From NCBI GenBank assembly GCA_964480565.1, contig CAYZSU010000041.1, positions 1 to 19,977 on the forward strand: a DNA stretch of 19,977 bases, in the 5' to 3' direction. The DNA is from an uncultured Myxococcales bacterium (GTDB lineage: Bacteria; UBA10199; 2-02-FULL-44-16; JAAZCA01). Positions 16,690-19,977 of the stretch are shown piece after piece. The notes beneath the pieces are model-generated. The model was not told where the DNA came from. It was given only the letters and a program-made list of their open reading frames with translations, and ran no database searches. Position 1 is the first letter of the stretch, and every line of letters begins with the position of its first letter. Made by a program: the position numbers and the translations under genes.

Positions 16690-17004
16690 GTGAAATATGG
16701 CCTACAAGAAGATGTTATTCAAAAAATAAATCATGTATTTTTAAGCTATCTAACTATTGAGAAATGTATTTTATACGGATCCCGTGCCAAAGGAAATTAT
16801 AAGAATGGATCTGATATTGATCTTACATTAATTGGTAACGAACTATCCTTATCAGTATTGCATGCCATTCATCATGATTTGGATGAATTGCTTCTTCCTT
16901 ATACGTTTGATTTATCATTACATCATCGTATTACGAGTGTTGAATTAATTTTACATATTAAGGATGTGGGTATTGTATTTTATAGTCGATCATCAATCCC
17001 ATAA
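16690..17004 (+). CDS. Minimal nucleotidyltransferase (MNT; HI0073/MntA-like antitoxin component).
   Basis: 'GSRAKGNYKNGSDIDL' is the G[SG]x9-13DxD polymerase-beta-type NTase motif. GTG start immediately after the HEPN stop codon (TAAGTG), with AAGGA 8 nt upstream. Confidence 0.85.
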   Translation: MKYGLQEDVIQKINHVFLSYLTIEKCILYGSRAKGNYKNGSDIDLTLIGNELSLSVLHAIHHDLDELLLPYTFDLSLHHRITSVELILHIKDVGIVFYSRSSIP

Positions 17005-17226
17005 ATTACTATTTCCAAGAGCAATCCTGTAGAACTCTCAATAATGTCAAAAAAATCATCGTTCGAGGATGAACAGCTTACTGTAAATGAGTGAATTTCC
17101 TTTGAATTTGCATGTTTTGGATGAAAAGAATAATAAATTGAAAATTTTACTATAAATAGTGTTTTGTACCCTTGTACATGATTTTCTTTTCTGTTAAATC
17201 AGAATTCTTCCTAAATAAGGAGGAAT

Positions 17227-17923
<697 letters not shown>

Positions 17924-18004
17924 TGGTTTAATCTATTGACTTATTTTTATAAAAAACCTAATAAAACTAAACTTTTTTAAAAAAAGTGTTAAGGAAGTAA
18001 GGCA

Positions 18005-18481
18005 ATGAAATCAAAAATCGATAGAATTGATAAAATAATTATACATATTTTACAAAAAGCTGGGCGCACAAAACGTAGCGAGTTAGCGGAAAAAACAGCA
18101 TTATCCGTGCCAGCAGTTAGCGAACGGTTAAAACGATTGGAAGAAGCCGGAATTATTCGTGGGTATCATGCTGTGGTAGAACCGCTTCGCCTGGGTTTTG
18201 ATTTAGCGGCCTTTATTGTTGTGACAGTCAATTCATCCGATCATTATGATTCTTTTTTGGACAGAGTCGAAGAAAATGATGAAATTTTGGAATGTCATGC
18301 AATTACTGGTGAAGGGACGCATATGATTAAAGTGCGTGCTAAAAATACTGTGGCATTGGAGCGATTGCTTGCTACCATGCAATCATGGGAAGGTGTGACG
18401 CGAACATTAACGCGATTGATATTAAGTTCGCCCAAAGAGTCGCATCATCTGCCCATTACATTATCGGATTCAAAAAGATAA
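18005..18481 (+). CDS. Lrp/AsnC-family transcriptional regulator (N-terminal HTH plus C-terminal RAM/ligand-binding domain).
   Basis: 'IDKIIIHILQKAGRTKRSELAEKTALSVPAVSERLKRLEEAGIIRGY' is a typical Lrp HTH. The C-terminal 'ILECHAITGEGTHMIKV' block matches the Lrp/AsnC RAM domain. 158 aa. Confidence 0.85.
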   Translation: MKSKIDRIDKIIIHILQKAGRTKRSELAEKTALSVPAVSERLKRLEEAGIIRGYHAVVEPLRLGFDLAAFIVVTVNSSDHYDSFLDRVEENDEILECHAITGEGTHMIKVRAKNTVALERLLATMQSWEGVTRTLTRLILSSPKESHHLPITLSDSKR

Positions 18482-18611
18482 GGTGTATTCCTGTTTATTT
18501 TTTATAGTAAATTATAAATAGACTTGCTCGAAAAATGGGTATTTCTGAGATATTTCCATAAGCCAATACTAAATATCTATTATATATCAACATCGTATTA
18601 AGGAGGAGTGC

Positions 18612-19977
18612 ATGACAAACTCGGATGTACTTAAATTGGCAGAAAAAAATCACACACAAATGGTAGATTTCAAATTTGTGGACTTTCCTGGCGTATGGCA
18701 GCATTTTTCTGTACCCCTTGCAGAGCTTGATGAGGAGGCATTTGAAAAGGGATTTGGTTTTGATGGATCCTCCATTCGTGGGTGGCAGCCGATTCATGCG
18801 TCGGATATGTTAATTATTCCAGATCCAAGTACTGCGGTTATGGATCCATTTATGGCTGTGCCCACATTATCACTGATCTGTAATATTGTAGATCCAATTA
18901 CCAAAGAACCTTATTCCCGTGATCCACGCTATATTGCACAAAAAGCAGAGAATTATTTGAAATCCATTAAACTTGCAGATACTGCATTTATTGGACCTGA
19001 AGCAGAGTTTTTTATCTTCGATCACATTGCATTTGATCAAACGCACAATGAAGGGTTTTATCGCATTGACTCCGTGGAAGGTCGTTGGAATACAGGTCGT
19101 GATGATATTCAAAATTTAGGGTATAAGCCACGCTATAAAGAAGGGTATTTTCCAGTGGCTCCGACAGATAGTCAGCAGGACTTGCGTACGGAGATGGTAT
19201 TGGAAATGCAAAAACTGGGCATTCATGTGGAATGCCAGCATCATGAAGTGGCCACAGCTGGGCAAGCAGAAATTGATATGCGATTTGCCCCTCTCGTTGA
19301 AGCGGCTGATAAATTGCTATGGTTTAAATATATTGTAAAAAATGTCGCGCATCGCCACAATAAAACAGTGACATTTATGCCAAAGCCAATTTTCGATGAT
19401 AATGGCAGTGGTATGCATACCCATGTATCATTGTGGAAAAATGGCAAGCCCTTATTTGCGGGTGATAAATATGCAGGGATTTCTCAGGATGCACTTTATT
19501 TTATGGGCGGAATTTTAAAACATGCCAAAGCATTATGTGCATTTACTAATCCAACAACCAATTCCTATCGCCGACTGGTCCCTGGTTTTGAAGCGCCAAT
19601 TAATTTGGCTTATTCCAGTCGTAATCGATCTGCTGCCTTGCGTTTGCCAATGTATTCATCCAGCCCAAAAGCCAAGCGCATTGAATTTCGGACACCGGAT
19701 CCATCATGTAATGGATACTTGGCATTTTCCGCTATTTTAATGGCTGGACTCGATGGCATTCGAAGTAAACTTGATCCTGGTCAGCCCATGGATAAAAATA
19801 TTTATAAGCTATCACCGGAAGAGATGAAGGGGATTGAGCAAGTACCTTCATCGCTTGCAGATGCACTTATTGCATTAGAATCAGATCATGAATTTTTATT
19901 GCAAGGCGATGTGTTTACACAGGATGCTGTTGAAAAATGGATCAGCTATAAAATGGATGAAGAGGTGACTCCTATGC
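18612..19977 (+). CDS. glnA: Glutamine synthetase type I (GS I-beta, adenylylatable), 3'-partial because it runs off the window end.
   Basis: AGGAGG 6 nt upstream. Blocks 'FDGSSIRGW', 'GPEAEFF', '[14 protein letters not shown]', '[17 protein letters not shown]' and '[10 protein letters not shown]'. Adenylylation-loop '[10 protein letters not shown]' with a conserved Tyr. No stop before 19977. Not listed as a single ORF in the track because it is open to the window edge. Confidence 0.95.
   Translation, partial: MTNSDVLKLAEKNHTQMVDFKFVDFPGVWQHFSVPLAELDEEAFEKGFGFDGSSIRGWQPIHASDMLIIPDPSTAVMDPFMAVPTLSLICNIVDPITKEPYSRDPRYIAQKAENYLKSIKLADTAFIGPEAEFFIFDHIAFDQTHNEGFYRIDSVEGRWNTGRDDIQNLGYKPRYKEGYFPVAPTDSQQDLRTEMVLEMQKLGIHVECQHHEVATAGQAEIDMRFAPLVEAADKLLWFKYIVKNVAHRHNKTVTFMPKPIFDDNGSGMHTHVSLWKNGKPLFAGDKYAGISQDALYFMGGILKHAKALCAFTNPTTNSYRRLVPGFEAPINLAYSSRNRSAALRLPMYSSSPKAKRIEFRTPDPSCNGYLAFSAILMAGLDGIRSKLDPGQPMDKNIYKLSPEEMKGIEQVPSSLADALIALESDHEFLLQGDVFTQDAVEKWISYKMDEEVTPM

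Noticed and set aside
17924-18004. Possible terminator after glnB
   Set aside because: AT-rich with no stable hairpin. The transcript probably reads through into the Lrp gene and glnA, or uses a weak internal promoter (TTGACT … TAATAA).
18495-19740. Minus-strand ORFs of 68-100 aa across the glnA region (18495-18797, 18870-19112, 19241-19447) and a 72-aa plus-strand off-frame ORF (19522-19740)
   Set aside because: All overlap the unmistakable glnA reading frame, which contains every GS signature block. They are antisense or off-frame artefacts.

Overview
AT-rich (about 38-40% GC) bacterial chromosomal segment, most likely from a proteobacterium. Three observations point that way: the glutamine synthetase (GS) is type I-beta and keeps the adenylylation tyrosine; the D-lactate dehydrogenase is LdhA-like; and there is an HI0073/HI0074-type pair. 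Most genes sit on the + strand and are closely packed, several with overlapping stop/start codons. From start to end the window holds the following.

- A 5'-truncated gene with two winged-helix-like modules joined by an in-frame (TPPV)4 12-bp tandem repeat.
- A four-gene ABC-2 / GldG-like / DUF4340 transporter operon.
- A convergent 524-aa His-rich orphan protein with an HExxH motif.
- A PAP2-like membrane protein on the - strand.
- A NifU-like, SDR, QueD/PTPS trio.
- An orphan PilZ protein on the - strand.
- gpsA.
- Two small overlapping hypothetical genes.
- A single-gene, AT-richer island bounded by GC-rich imperfect inverted repeats, encoding a COG1373 AAA+ ATPase with a C-terminal PD-(D/E)xK-like motif.
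- A TGS/uridine-kinase fusion gene followed by an SPFH (band 7) gene and a clean rho-independent terminator.
- ldhA with a Cys-rich C-terminal tail.
- A HEPN/MNT (HI0074/HI0073-like) toxin-antitoxin pair in HEPN-first order.
- A nitrogen-regulation cluster: a small 4-TM membrane protein translationally coupled to a canonical PII protein, then an Lrp/AsnC regulator, then glnA (GS type I, 3'-truncated by the window end).

No rRNA, tRNA, CRISPR array or recognisable transposase/integrase was seen. The most unusual items are the repeat-bounded ATPase-nuclease island, the membrane-protein/PII coupling, and the orphan HExxH protein.
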